From Candidatus Aquivivens invisus (GTDB lineage Bacteria; Omnitrophota; Gorgyraeia; Aquiviventales; Aquiviventaceae): 64,000 nucleotides of DNA. The position numbers and the translations under genes were made by a program. The notes under the pieces are model-generated. The model ran no database searches and was not told the origin of the DNA. It worked only from the letters and a program-made list of their open reading frames with translations. Below are positions 8,204 to 17,648 of the stretch, piece after piece. The stretch's first letter is position 1. Every line of letters begins with the position of its first letter. The stretch lies in contig MHGA01000017.1 in NCBI GenBank assembly GCA_001804415.1, positions 18,390-82,389 of the forward strand. The letters run 5' to 3'.

Positions 8204-9550
8204 ATGATTGGTCACGCACGGTTGCTTGAGGAACTGGGAAAGCTGGTTGCGCGCTCGCCGGCCGATGCGACTAGCGTCTGCGCGGATGCCGAGCGGCTGC
8301 GCGTCTCGCGCTTCGCCCACGAGACGATCCATCAGGACCTCGTGCAGGAGAGCTTGAGCGTCACCATCAAGGTGATCGTCAACCGGCGGGTCGGGATCGC
8401 GGTCACCGACACCCTGGAGTACGCCAGCCTGCACCGGGGACTCCGCGCCGCACTCGAGATCGCCCGCCATGCCCCGCCGACCACCCTCCTAGCTCCTCTG
8501 CCAGGCCCCTACCAGCACATCACCCTGCAAGATTACGATCCGGCAACCGCCGAGATGCCCGCGCAGCATTTCGTCAACGTCTTGAAGCGGTTGCTGCAGA
8601 TCTGCCAAGGCGTCGGCGCCACACTCGCCGGCTCCTTCACCGTCTCGGAGGCGGAGCTGGCCGTCGCCAATTCCAACGGGGTGGCCTGTTACGCCGCGTC
8701 CACCGCCGCGGCCGCGAAGCTCGTGACCATGTATCGCAAGCTCTCGGGCTACGCCAGCGGGGTCGAACCGCACATCAACCACCTCGATGTCGAGGCGTTG
8801 TTGGAGCGCGCGCTGAAACTGTGCCTGCATCGACACGATCCCCTCACGCTGCCGACCGGCACCTATGAGGTCATCCTCGAGCCGGAGGCCGTCGCGGAGC
8901 TGGTGACGTGGCTCGGCTACATCGCCTTCGGGGCGAAAAGCTTCCAGGAGCGCACGAGCTGCCTGTCCGGCCGCATGGGCGAGGCGCTGCTCGCCCGGTC
9001 GATCACCATCAGCGACGACGGCAACGATCCGGCAGGGCTGCGTCAGCCGTTCGACTACGAGGGGGTGGCCAAGCAACGCGTCGCCCTCATTGACCGGGGC
9101 GTGGCCACCGGCATCGTCTATGATACGACCTACGGACATCTCTACGGACAGCCTTCCACGGGCCACGCCCAACCGCCTGATCAGCCCGACGGCCCGCTGC
9201 CGTTGCATCTCTTCCTTGAGCCGGGGACCACGCGACGAGAGGAGCTGATCCGCTCCTGCCGACGAGGGTTGCTGATTCCCCGCTTCCATTACGTCAGCGG
9301 CCTGCTGAACACCCGCGAAGCCCTGATGACCGGCCTGACCCGCGAGGGGACGTGGCTCATCGAAGACGGCAAGCTGCGGCACCCGGTGACCACGATGCGA
9401 TTTACCCAAAGCTTCCTGGAGGCCTTTGGGCACGTCCTGGGCGTGTCGAAGGAACGGCGGCTGATCGCCGACCCGGCTCAGGACGCCGGATGCGCCGTGA
9501 TGCCGACGGTGCGCCTGGCCAAGTTCCGCTTCACCGGCCGCTCCGCATGA
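8204..9550 (+). CDS. tldE: TldE/PmbA-family protein
   Basis: SRFAHETIHQ, VANSNG, GTYEVILEPEAVAEL, PFDYEGV, TGLTREGTWLIEDG; lacks HExxH; directly follows tldD. Confidence 0.85.
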   Translation: MIGHARLLEELGKLVARSPADATSVCADAERLRVSRFAHETIHQDLVQESLSVTIKVIVNRRVGIAVTDTLEYASLHRGLRAALEIARHAPPTTLLAPLPGPYQHITLQDYDPATAEMPAQHFVNVLKRLLQICQGVGATLAGSFTVSEAELAVANSNGVACYAASTAAAAKLVTMYRKLSGYASGVEPHINHLDVEALLERALKLCLHRHDPLTLPTGTYEVILEPEAVAELVTWLGYIAFGAKSFQERTSCLSGRMGEALLARSITISDDGNDPAGLRQPFDYEGVAKQRVALIDRGVATGIVYDTTYGHLYGQPSTGHAQPPDQPDGPLPLHLFLEPGTTRREELIRSCRRGLLIPRFHYVSGLLNTREALMTGLTREGTWLIEDGKLRHPVTTMRFTQSFLEAFGHVLGVSKERRLIADPAQDAGCAVMPTVRLAKFRFTGRSA

Positions 9551-10752
9551 CGAGCACACAGCAGACAGCACACAGCAGACAGCACAGCGCATTGCTGTGT
9601 GCTGTGTGCTTGGTGCTGTGTGCTGTCTCAGGGTGCGCGGTCCTCGGGACGATCAAGCAGCCGCTGGCGCAGGCGGTGGCGGCTGGAGGGGAACTCCTTG
9701 ACGATGGGTATGCCGACGTGGCGGGCGCCCTCCACATCCACACGACGTACTCCCATGACGCGCATGGGACGTTTGAGGACGTGGTGCGGGCGGCCAACGC
9801 GCAGCAGCTCGACTACGTCATCCTCACGGAGCACAACACCCTCCAGCCGCTTCGCGAGGGCAAGCAGGGCTGGCATGGGGCGGTTCTCGTGCTGATCGGG
9901 ACTGAGCTCTCGACTCGAGGCGGGCATTATCTGGCGTTGAACGTCACTGAGGAGATCGACCGTCATCAGCTCACCACCCAACAGATCATCGATGAGGTCG
10001 CTCGCCAGGGAGGGTTGGGATTCATCGCCCATCCGTATTTCAAGAAGGGGCGCTGGAAGGACTGGACGGTGAGGGGCTTCACCGGCATCGAGGCGTATAA
10101 CGTCGCGCACGACACGTTGGATGAGAACAAGCTCCGCCTGGCGCTGTGGACGCTCACCGCCCCGCCGGAGCCGTTTTACCTCTCGATCATCGACCGGCCG
10201 TACGATCCGCTGCGCGCTTGGGATGAGCTCGTCGCGCGGCACGGCAAGGTGGTGGGGATCGGTGCGACCGACGCGCATGAATTCCACCTGTGGGGCCTGA
10301 AGTTCGCCCCCTATGACATCATGTTCCAGATGGTCCGCACGCACCTCCTGGTGCCCTCGACGCCCCTCACCCCTGACCTGGTCTATGAGGCCCTGCGCCA
10401 GGGACACGCCTATTGGGAACTCGCCCTCGTGGCTGATGCGCAGCGCGGTGTCCGCTTTTTCGCCCACGACGGCCAGCGAGTCCTCGGGGTGATGGGAGAT
10501 GAGATCCGCCTCGAGCCGAACCTGCACCTGACCGCGATCCTCCCACAACCAGCACTCCTGACGCTGTTCAAAGACGGGCAGGCGATCGCGACGGCTTCCG
10601 AGAAAAGCTGGGACGTGGCGGTGAGCGATCCGGGCGCCTATCGCCTCGAGGCGTCGCTCAACGGCAAACCCTGGCTCTTCACCAACCCGATCTACGTCCG
10701 CCCCGCACCCAATGACGAGCCAACAGCACCAAGCACACAGCACACAGAATAA
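9547..10752 (+). CDS. PHP-domain (CehA/McbA-like) metallohydrolase, probable lipoprotein
   Basis: HIHTTYSHDA, LTEHN, IAHP, GATDAH; lipobox VSGC; ATGA overlap with the tldE stop. Confidence 0.8.
   Translation: MTSTQQTAHSRQHSALLCAVCLVLCAVSGCAVLGTIKQPLAQAVAAGGELLDDGYADVAGALHIHTTYSHDAHGTFEDVVRAANAQQLDYVILTEHNTLQPLREGKQGWHGAVLVLIGTELSTRGGHYLALNVTEEIDRHQLTTQQIIDEVARQGGLGFIAHPYFKKGRWKDWTVRGFTGIEAYNVAHDTLDENKLRLALWTLTAPPEPFYLSIIDRPYDPLRAWDELVARHGKVVGIGATDAHEFHLWGLKFAPYDIMFQMVRTHLLVPSTPLTPDLVYEALRQGHAYWELALVADAQRGVRFFAHDGQRVLGVMGDEIRLEPNLHLTAILPQPALLTLFKDGQAIATASEKSWDVAVSDPGAYRLEASLNGKPWLFTNPIYVRPAPNDEPTAPSTQHTE
9553..9628. repeat. Heptamer inverted-arm element (AGCACAC/AGCAGAC)n...(GTGTGCT)n encoding a signal peptide
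   Basis: agcacac agcagac agcacac agcagac agcac ... gctgtgt gctgtgt gcttggt gctgtgt gctgtct. Confidence 0.9.
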
Positions 10753-11752
10753 CGGTTGGCGGCCTACCGCTCGATGGCTCCCTCTGTCTGCTGTGTGCTG
10801 TCTGCTGGGTGCTCCAATGGGGTGCGCTCACGTCCCCTTCCGCGCCGCTCGACCGGCCCAGCCGCTCTCCGCTGAGATCGCGGCCTACTACGACTACCCG
10901 GCGCGCCCCCAAGAAGTCACGCGCCAACTCACCAAGGACACGCCGCGGGTCACCGAATGGCTCATGCAGTTTCCGCTCTCCGCCTCAGGATTCGAGCCGA
11001 CCGAGCCGGTTGTGGAGTTCGAGTGGTTCGAGTCGAAGCAACCCGGCCAGCGGCCTGCGATTCTGTTCAACCCGATCCTCGGCGGCGACTACCCGCTTGA
11101 GCACGGCATCTGCCGATACTTCGCCGCGCGCGGATGGCATGTCGCGCTCGTCCACCGCAAGACGCTCAAGGTCTCTCCTGAACATCCGATCGAGCGTTTG
11201 GAGCTGCTGCTCCGGCAGGCCGTGGTGCGCATGCGACAGGTCGTCGACTGGATGGAGGGCGAGGGGCGGGTGGATCCGGAGCGTCTGGGAGGTTTCGGGA
11301 TCAGCATGGGCGGCATGGCCGGCGTGATCGCCGCGGCCCTTGACCCAAGGTTGAAGGCGCATGTGGTGGTCTTGGCCGGCGGTCCCATTGCGACGATCCT
11401 TGCCACCTCCCGCGATCCGCTGCTGGCCAAGCCTCGCCGACGGTACCTCGAGCACAACCAGATGGACCTGGCGACCTTTGAGGGGCGCGTGCGGGACACG
11501 GTGAAGACGGACCCCGTCGCCCTGGCGCCGTACGTCGACCCGTCACGGATGTTCATGGTGATTGCCCTGGCCGACCACACGATCGGCCGAACCAATGCGA
11601 TCCGGCTGTGGGAAGCCGTGGGACGACCCGAGGCGACCTTCATCCCGCTGGGGCACTACACGTCCTACTTGTCCCTCCCCTACCTCAAGCGCGCCAGCCT
11701 CCGATTCTTCCGAAAGACGCTTGGCAGTCCTTCCACCGACGAGCTACAATAG
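10712..11752 (+). CDS. Alpha/beta hydrolase, probable lipoprotein
   Basis: GISMGG nucleophile elbow, DHTI, GHY; lipobox-like PMGC. Confidence 0.75.
   Translation: MTSQQHQAHSTQNNGWRPTARWLPLSAVCCLLGAPMGCAHVPFRAARPAQPLSAEIAAYYDYPARPQEVTRQLTKDTPRVTEWLMQFPLSASGFEPTEPVVEFEWFESKQPGQRPAILFNPILGGDYPLEHGICRYFAARGWHVALVHRKTLKVSPEHPIERLELLLRQAVVRMRQVVDWMEGEGRVDPERLGGFGISMGGMAGVIAAALDPRLKAHVVVLAGGPIATILATSRDPLLAKPRRRYLEHNQMDLATFEGRVRDTVKTDPVALAPYVDPSRMFMVIALADHTIGRTNAIRLWEAVGRPEATFIPLGHYTSYLSLPYLKRASLRFFRKTLGSPSTDELQ
10723..10813. repeat. Heptamer inverted-arm element spanning the PHP/hydrolase gene overlap
   Basis: acagcac caagcac acagcac acag ... ctgtctg ctgtgtg ctgtctg ctgggtg ct. Confidence 0.85.
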
Positions 11753-11759
11753 GACTCCC

Positions 11760-12722
11760 ATGTCGCTTGAGAAAATCATCCTGGCGAAGCCACGCGGGTT
11801 TTGCGCGGGGGTGGAGCGGGCGATTGAGATCGTCGAGCAGGCCCTCCAGCATGTGGAAGGCCCGATCTACGTCCGCAAGGAGATCGTCCACAACCCCCAC
11901 GTGGTCACCGGCCTGCGCGCCAAAGGGGCGGTGTTCGTGGAAGCCCTCGAGGAGGTCCCTCAAGGCCGGTTGGCGATCTTCAGCGCGCATGGGGTCTCCC
12001 CCGCCGTCCATCAGCAAGCCGCACGGCGGACGCTGCGGGTGATCGATGCCACCTGCCCCCTGGTGACCAAGGTGCACGTCGAAGCCAAGCGTTATGCCCG
12101 CGAAGGCTACACGATTCTCCTCGTCGGGCATGAAGGGCACGATGAGGTGATCGGCACGATGGGGGAAGCCCCGGCGTCGATCCGCCTCATTCAAACGACC
12201 CAGGACGCCGAACGCGTCCAGGTCCCCGATTCTCAGAAAGTCGCGGCCATCACCCAGACGACGCTGAGCCTGGACGACACCAGGGCGATCATCGACGTGT
12301 TGACACGGCGATTCCCCACACTGGTGTCCCCCTCAAAAGACGATATCTGTTACGCCACCCAGAACCGGCAGAACGCGGTGAAGGCCATCGCCAAGGAAGC
12401 CGAGGCGATCCTGGTCATCGGGGCCAAGAACAGCTCCAACTCCATCCGCCTCGTCGAGGTCGCGCAGGGCGCAGGACGCCGCGGGCACCTGATCAATCAG
12501 GCGAACGAGATCGACCCGAGGTGGTTTGAGGGCGTGCGATGCGTCGGGGTGACCTCGGGGGCTTCAGCGCCGGAGCATCTCGTGCAGGAGGTGGTCGCCT
12601 CTCTCCAACGGCTCGGGGCCACCCGCGTCGAGGAGTGGGAGCTGGTGAAAGAGGATGTCAACTTCGGCCTGCCCCTTGAACTGACCCAGCTGGAAGCCGG
12701 AAGCAGGAAGGCGGAAGCATGA
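11760..12722 (+). CDS. ispH: 4-hydroxy-3-methylbut-2-enyl diphosphate reductase
   Basis: [47 protein letters not shown]. Confidence 0.97.
   Translation: MSLEKIILAKPRGFCAGVERAIEIVEQALQHVEGPIYVRKEIVHNPHVVTGLRAKGAVFVEALEEVPQGRLAIFSAHGVSPAVHQQAARRTLRVIDATCPLVTKVHVEAKRYAREGYTILLVGHEGHDEVIGTMGEAPASIRLIQTTQDAERVQVPDSQKVAAITQTTLSLDDTRAIIDVLTRRFPTLVSPSKDDICYATQNRQNAVKAIAKEAEAILVIGAKNSSNSIRLVEVAQGAGRRGHLINQANEIDPRWFEGVRCVGVTSGASAPEHLVQEVVASLQRLGATRVEEWELVKEDVNFGLPLELTQLEAGSRKAEA
12692..12718 (+). repeat. Single heptamer arm (GGAAGSN)4 forming the IspH C-terminus
   Basis: ggaagcc ggaagca ggaaggc ggaagc encodes EAGSRKAEA. Confidence 0.6.
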
Positions 12723-13132
12723 AGTCGTTCACGGAATATCTCTGGTTTCACACAAAGACGCGACGCGATCTCATCAACATCACCGACACGGTTGAGCAGC
12801 TCGTGAAGACAAGCGGAGTGCAGGAAGGCTTCTGCCTCGTCTCGGCCATGCACATCACGGCGGGCATCTGGGTCAATGATGACGAAGAGGGATTGTGGCA
12901 GGATTTCTGGGAGCTGCTGGAACGGCTCGCACCGTTTCGTGAGGACTACAAGCATCACGCAACCGGCGAAGACAACGGGGACGCCCACCTGAAACGCACC
13001 CTCATCCACCACCAAGCGATGCTCCCGATCACCAAGGGCACGCTCGACCTGGGGCCCTGGGAGCAGGTGTTTTACGCGGAGTGCGACGGCAAGCGCAAGA
13101 AGCGGGTCGTCGTCAAGATCCTGGGGGAATAG
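12719..13132 (+). CDS. yjbQ: YjbQ / UPF0047 family protein
   Basis: [36 protein letters not shown]. Confidence 0.92.
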   Translation: MKSFTEYLWFHTKTRRDLINITDTVEQLVKTSGVQEGFCLVSAMHITAGIWVNDDEEGLWQDFWELLERLAPFREDYKHHATGEDNGDAHLKRTLIHHQAMLPITKGTLDLGPWEQVFYAECDGKRKKRVVVKILGE

Positions 13133-13139
13133 CCTCATC

Positions 13140-13222
13140 AGTTCGAAGCGAGAAGTTCAAAGTTCGAAGTGACTGGAAACCTCGAACATCCACTTCGAAC
13201 TTCCGGCTTCGAACTTCGAACT
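13140..13222. repeat. Heptamer inverted-arm element (AGTTCGA)n...(TCGAACT)n between convergent genes
   Basis: agttcga agcgaga agttcaa agttcga ... tcgaact tccggct tcgaact tcgaact. Confidence 0.9.
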
Positions 13223-14438
13223 AGTCCTCGAAGGTGTCGAGAGCGAACAGCTCCCGAAGATCGAGGCGGTGATAGGTGGTGTAGGCGGCGCGCGTTGGGC
13301 CCTGCGCGTTGGCCACCCAGAGCTCCGGCCAGGCGAAGATGACGCTCTGCACGTTCGAGCTGGGTGCTGCCGCTTTCGCGAGTTCCTTCGCCGCCTCGAC
13401 ATTGATCCGGCCGTAGCGCGATAGAATGCCCGCGGCTTGCCCCAGGTACCTCACCTCGTAGGCTGACCCTGCCGGCGACTCAAGGCCCGGTGCGCGCGGG
13501 TTGCCCCCTGAGGCGAGTTGCCGGTCCCGAATACCAGCATCCACCGCCGTATCCGCCCGGAAGACCGCGTCGGGCAGGGGGCGCGCGTACGCCACACCAT
13601 GCTCTGTGGCATCATCCGCCTCAAAGACCGCGACGTGCGAGCGGGTCGTCTCGACGACGACCGCCCGGTTGGCCTTCGCGTCTGCCACCACGTAGTTCAC
13701 CCCCACCGTCCGAGGCGCCTCGCGAATCAGGCGAACGGCTTCATCGAGGTCGTCCGCTTCTTCGAGGACGCGCCGCATGAGAAACGCCATCGGGATGCCG
13801 GCGTAGGTGGCGTCGACCGTCTCAGCGCCAATCTGCCCGATCGAAATCTGCCGGTCATTCATCCCGGTGAGCGCGCCGATAAATCCGGCCCAGCCGACGT
13901 TGACAAACGCGTGCTTGCCTGCAGGACGCACGACACACACGGTGGCGTAGCGTTGGATGCCGACCTCGATGGTCCAATCGAGGTTGCGCGTGTGGATCAG
14001 CCTGCCGCCTGAGGTCGCGCGCCCCCACACCGCCAACCCGGAGCACGCATAGGTGCGGTCGGGAACCGCGTGGAAGCGCCAGAGATCGCGCAGGCTCACC
14101 CCTGAGGCCGACGCCAGCGCGCGTAATTCTTCGAGATAGTCAGCCGGGACAAAGGGCTTGGCCTGAGCCCATGAACGGTCCAGCCACCAGTTCGCCGCCA
14201 CAGACCGGATGAGGGGCACTTTGAGGTACGCGCGGAAATAGCCCAGCAGCGTGGCGGTGGCGCGGCGCACGTCATCGGTAAGCAGCTCACCATGCTGGCG
14301 TCCAAGTTCCGTTGGCGCGCCCTCCAGGTAGACAATGGGCAGCCCGTCGTGATGTTCGACGCGCGCCGCTTCGGCGGTGACAGGTGACAGGTGACAGGTG
14401 ACAAGTGTGATGATCAGCAACGCGCTTGCACGCTTCAT
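13221..14438 (-). CDS. Secreted C45-family Ntn-hydrolase (acyltransferase / acid-ceramidase-like)
   Basis: G...ELGRQHG, YLEELRALA, autocleavage-type AC|SG...RNLDW, TGMND; signal peptide. Alternative start 14468. Confidence 0.8.
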   Translation of the reverse strand: MKRASALLIITLVTCHLSPVTAEAARVEHHDGLPIVYLEGAPTELGRQHGELLTDDVRRATATLLGYFRAYLKVPLIRSVAANWWLDRSWAQAKPFVPADYLEELRALASASGVSLRDLWRFHAVPDRTYACSGLAVWGRATSGGRLIHTRNLDWTIEVGIQRYATVCVVRPAGKHAFVNVGWAGFIGALTGMNDRQISIGQIGAETVDATYAGIPMAFLMRRVLEEADDLDEAVRLIREAPRTVGVNYVVADAKANRAVVVETTRSHVAVFEADDATEHGVAYARPLPDAVFRADTAVDAGIRDRQLASGGNPRAPGLESPAGSAYEVRYLGQAAGILSRYGRINVEAAKELAKAAAPSSNVQSVIFAWPELWVANAQGPTRAAYTTYHRLDLRELFALDTFED

Positions 14439-14482
14439 ACGTGGTCTCTTGAGCTTGTCACTTGTCACTTGTCGCTTGTCAC
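14377..14482. repeat. Heptamer inverted-arm element (GTGACAG)4...(CTTGTCA)4 across a gene junction
   Basis: Left arm encodes [10 protein letters not shown] in the C45 signal peptide; right arm encodes VTSDK-stop of the upstream gene. Confidence 0.92.
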
Positions 14483-15766
14483 GATCTGGTCAATCATCTG
14501 CTTCAATTCTTCAACGATCAGCTCGCCCGTTGAGGGGCCGTTGAGCATCATGGTGGCCTCATACGCATCCGTGTGGTAGACGGACTCGGCCATGCAGTAA
14601 CCGATGTAGTCGTTGGCGAACCCCACGATCAGAGGCTCGAAGCCCCGCGCCCGGGCATAGCGCTTGAGCTCCATGCCGAGCTCGGCGCTGAGATCGCACG
14701 GCACCCCGATGAAGAGCGCTGATCCAACGCTGACCAGGGACACGGTGGCGTCGTCATCCACCATCCCACGACTCAGCCATGTCGGAAGCGCCCATGACCC
14801 GAGGCGCACCCGCGCAGGCGGCAGGGGTACGACGCGCTGCGCCACGGTCAATCCGATCGCTTCACGCCGAGACGATTGCTCGAGTAACGTCACGGTTTCC
14901 GTCGCTAAGAGATCGCCCAAATGCCTGGCGGCCTCAAACGCACTTCCCTGTTTCACCGGGCCCTGATCGCCGACGGCTCCGGCGACAAACAGGCACACGG
15001 CTTCCGGGTACCGGGCTTCGACCTTCTCCGCCAACACCCCCGGATAGTCGGCGCTGAGCTGCCGATTCCACGCGCCCAGCGTCGTCGGGTGCGCGGCAAA
15101 TCCGGCCACAACCGCGACGGGCGTTCCCTTCGAATCCTCAACCACCACCACGCTCAGCTCGGGATCGGTGAGTCCCTCGGCGTTCATGCGATTGATGACG
15201 AGTCCCGTGGTGGCTGCGCTGGCCACGCGCGCCGTCACCGGTTGGCTCTGCGCTGAAGCCGTCACCACGGCCTGGGCGATGCGAGCGGACAAGAAGGTAA
15301 AGACCTCCGGATCGGCATGCCCCATGGACAGTTTTTCGAGAAATTTCTTCCCGTACGCCCCGGGGCCTGAGTGGGTATGGGTGGCGGCGAGTACCACCGA
15401 TATCGGCGGCAGGGACGGCTCGCGCCGCAGCCGTTCCTCCACGGCCTGGAACAAGGTTTCATCGATGACCAGCAGGTCGCAGCTCACGAGGGCCACGGCG
15501 GTGGCTCCCTCGCGAAGGACGAGGGCGCGGACGGACACCGGATCGTGGACGCCCACCGAGAGCGCGCCCTTGCGACGGCTGTACCCGGCGAGCGGCACGC
15601 GTTTGGGAGGCGTGAGATCCAGCTTCGCCGTTCCCGCGAGGAGTTCCTCAGCCCCGACCAGTGAGCCGTGGAGCGCGAGGCCCGCGAGAACGACCACCAG
15701 TAGTTGGAAGGAACGCTTACGGGGTCTGATGACGGAGAGACTGTTGGGCAAGGGCCAGCGCCTCAT
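14465..15766 (-). CDS. Neutral/alkaline ceramidase-like secreted hydrolase
   Basis: AGTAKLDLTP, LAGYSRR, GVHDP, AATHTHSGPG, AHPT, SADYPG, ANDYIGY. Start uncertain. Confidence 0.8.
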   Translation of the reverse strand: MRRWPLPNSLSVIRPRKRSFQLLVVVLAGLALHGSLVGAEELLAGTAKLDLTPPKRVPLAGYSRRKGALSVGVHDPVSVRALVLREGATAVALVSCDLLVIDETLFQAVEERLRREPSLPPISVVLAATHTHSGPGAYGKKFLEKLSMGHADPEVFTFLSARIAQAVVTASAQSQPVTARVASAATTGLVINRMNAEGLTDPELSVVVVEDSKGTPVAVVAGFAAHPTTLGAWNRQLSADYPGVLAEKVEARYPEAVCLFVAGAVGDQGPVKQGSAFEAARHLGDLLATETVTLLEQSSRREAIGLTVAQRVVPLPPARVRLGSWALPTWLSRGMVDDDATVSLVSVGSALFIGVPCDLSAELGMELKRYARARGFEPLIVGFANDYIGYCMAESVYHTDAYEATMMLNGPSTGELIVEELKQMIDQIVTSDK

Positions 15767-17186
15767 CTTTGGAATGGATGGTCCCCTCGGCCTGCGCCTC
15801 TTCAATGGCGCGAAGGAGCTTCCCAATCAGCGGACCCGGCTCAAGCGCCAGGGCCTGCATGAGCGCCTGGCCATCGATGAGCTTCGGGGGCCTGACGGCT
15901 TCTTCGGGTTTGAAGAAATACGCCCGCAGCAGCTCCTCCAGGCGGGCGCGCTGCTGATCGATCTGGTCAAGCCGAGAGGCGCTCCCGCGCGTGGCCATCC
16001 GGTCGAGCCACCAGACCAACAGACACGCCGGCCCGTCCTCCTCGAGATCGCGGAAGAATCGAAAGATCGCCCGCCGGGTCAGCACCGGCTCCCGGCTTAA
16101 GAATCCGGGCCGCAAATGGTAGAGTACTAGGCGGCGGATCATCTGCGCCTCGCGGTTCGAGAGGCGCAGGCGCTGGGTGACGGGTTCGACGAGCTCCGCG
16201 CCGAATTGCTCATGCCCCAGAAACCAAATGTCGCCGTCCGCCTTGACTCGACGGGTCGCGGGCTTGCCCACATCATGAAACAAGCCCGCCAGTTTCACCA
16301 AGGCCTTGCGGGATCGTCGCTCAACCGGTTCGACCGCCAGATATCCCGCCAGCGGTGGACGAAGCTCAGGGCTGAATTCAGCCAAGTCGGCCAGGATGCG
16401 ATCGGCCTGAGCCACGGTCTCGAGTTGGTGGTTCAGCACATCCAGGTGATGGAACGGTCCTTGATCGATCCCGCGGCCTGGAATCAGATCGGGGAAGAGC
16501 GCATCGAGGATCCGCAGGTCGTTGAGCTGCCGCCACGCCACGCTGGCGTGATCGGTTTCCAGGATCAGAAACACCTCATCCCGGATCCGTTCCCCGGAGA
16601 CCTGCGCCAGCTTGCCTGCGCAGGCGGCCATCAGGGGAGGCAGGCTGGCATCGAGCGCGCATGACAGCTCTGCGACAAAGCGAAACGCCCGCAGGATCCG
16701 CAGCGGGTCATCCTCGAAGGTGCCCGGAAAACAGGCCAGGAGCGTGCGAGACGCCAGAGCCTGACGGCCGTGCAGCGGATCGATGAGGGGCTGCGGGTTG
16801 TCCGGATTGCGCAACCATGCGGCGAGATCAATCGCCATCGCGTTCATCGTAAAGTCCCGGCGCCGCAGGTCCTCGTCCAGAGTCGCTCCACGGAAGTCGC
16901 CCAGATCCAGCTCGACGCGACCGGCGTCGGTGCCGACGATGATCCGAGCACAGCCGTTCGTCTCGTCCAGCAAGACAAAGGTCCCTGAGAGCCTCTGGGC
17001 CAAGGCCTGAGCCAGCGGGATCGCCTGCCGGGGAACTGCCAGATCCACGTTCCAGCCACGGATCGGCCGCTGCAACACCTGGTCCCGCAGCAGCCCCCCC
17101 ACGAGGTAACAAGGGCTTTGCCGGCTGCGCAAGAATTCTTGCGCGCGTTGTAAGAGGTCTCTCAGGTCTTGAGGGATCATCCGCAT
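15717..17186 (-). CDS. cca: tRNA nucleotidyltransferase / poly(A) polymerase family with HD domain
   Basis: YLVGGLLRD, VDLAV, DLRRRDFTMNAMA, DDPLRILRAFRF, VSGERIRDE, FHDVGKP. Confidence 0.88.
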   Translation of the reverse strand: MRMIPQDLRDLLQRAQEFLRSRQSPCYLVGGLLRDQVLQRPIRGWNVDLAVPRQAIPLAQALAQRLSGTFVLLDETNGCARIIVGTDAGRVELDLGDFRGATLDEDLRRRDFTMNAMAIDLAAWLRNPDNPQPLIDPLHGRQALASRTLLACFPGTFEDDPLRILRAFRFVAELSCALDASLPPLMAACAGKLAQVSGERIRDEVFLILETDHASVAWRQLNDLRILDALFPDLIPGRGIDQGPFHHLDVLNHQLETVAQADRILADLAEFSPELRPPLAGYLAVEPVERRSRKALVKLAGLFHDVGKPATRRVKADGDIWFLGHEQFGAELVEPVTQRLRLSNREAQMIRRLVLYHLRPGFLSREPVLTRRAIFRFFRDLEEDGPACLLVWWLDRMATRGSASRLDQIDQQRARLEELLRAYFFKPEEAVRPPKLIDGQALMQALALEPGPLIGKLLRAIEEAQAEGTIHSKDEALALAQQSLRHQTP

Positions 17187-17258
17187 TGTATTATAGCTTG
17201 ACAATTCCGTCCGAATGACGAGAATACACTCAGATCATTCGCTCGTCTTCTCTATATT

Positions 17259-17645
17259 ATGGAACGGCCCAAGCGCTCCCGCACGAAAGACCTGCTCGAC
17301 TTCGAGATTGCCTTTTACGAACGCCTGCTCTGTGAGGACCCGGATTTCATCGATGCGCTGCGCGCAGTCGGTGAAGCGTATACCAGACGAGGATGGCACG
17401 AGAAGGCGTTCGCCGTGGATCAGCGGCTGACCCGGCTTCGGCCCGAGGATTCCTTCGCGTGGTACAACGCCGCCTGCAGCTTGGCCTTGCTCAACCGTCT
17501 GGATGAGGCGTTTGAAACTCTCGCCCATGCCTTGGCGTTGGGTTACGATGACTTCGAGTACCTCCTGAAGGATCCGGACCTCTCCGTCCTCCGCCGTTCG
17601 CCAAAGCTCCGGCAGCTTCTCGAACAGCGCCTCGCCTCTCAATAA
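17259..17645 (+). CDS. Small TPR-repeat protein
   Basis: ALRAVGEAYTRRG, AWYNAACSLALL, LGYDDFEYLLKDPDL. Confidence 0.8.
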   Translation: MERPKRSRTKDLLDFEIAFYERLLCEDPDFIDALRAVGEAYTRRGWHEKAFAVDQRLTRLRPEDSFAWYNAACSLALLNRLDEAFETLAHALALGYDDFEYLLKDPDLSVLRRSPKLRQLLEQRLASQ

Positions 17646-17648
17646 TTA

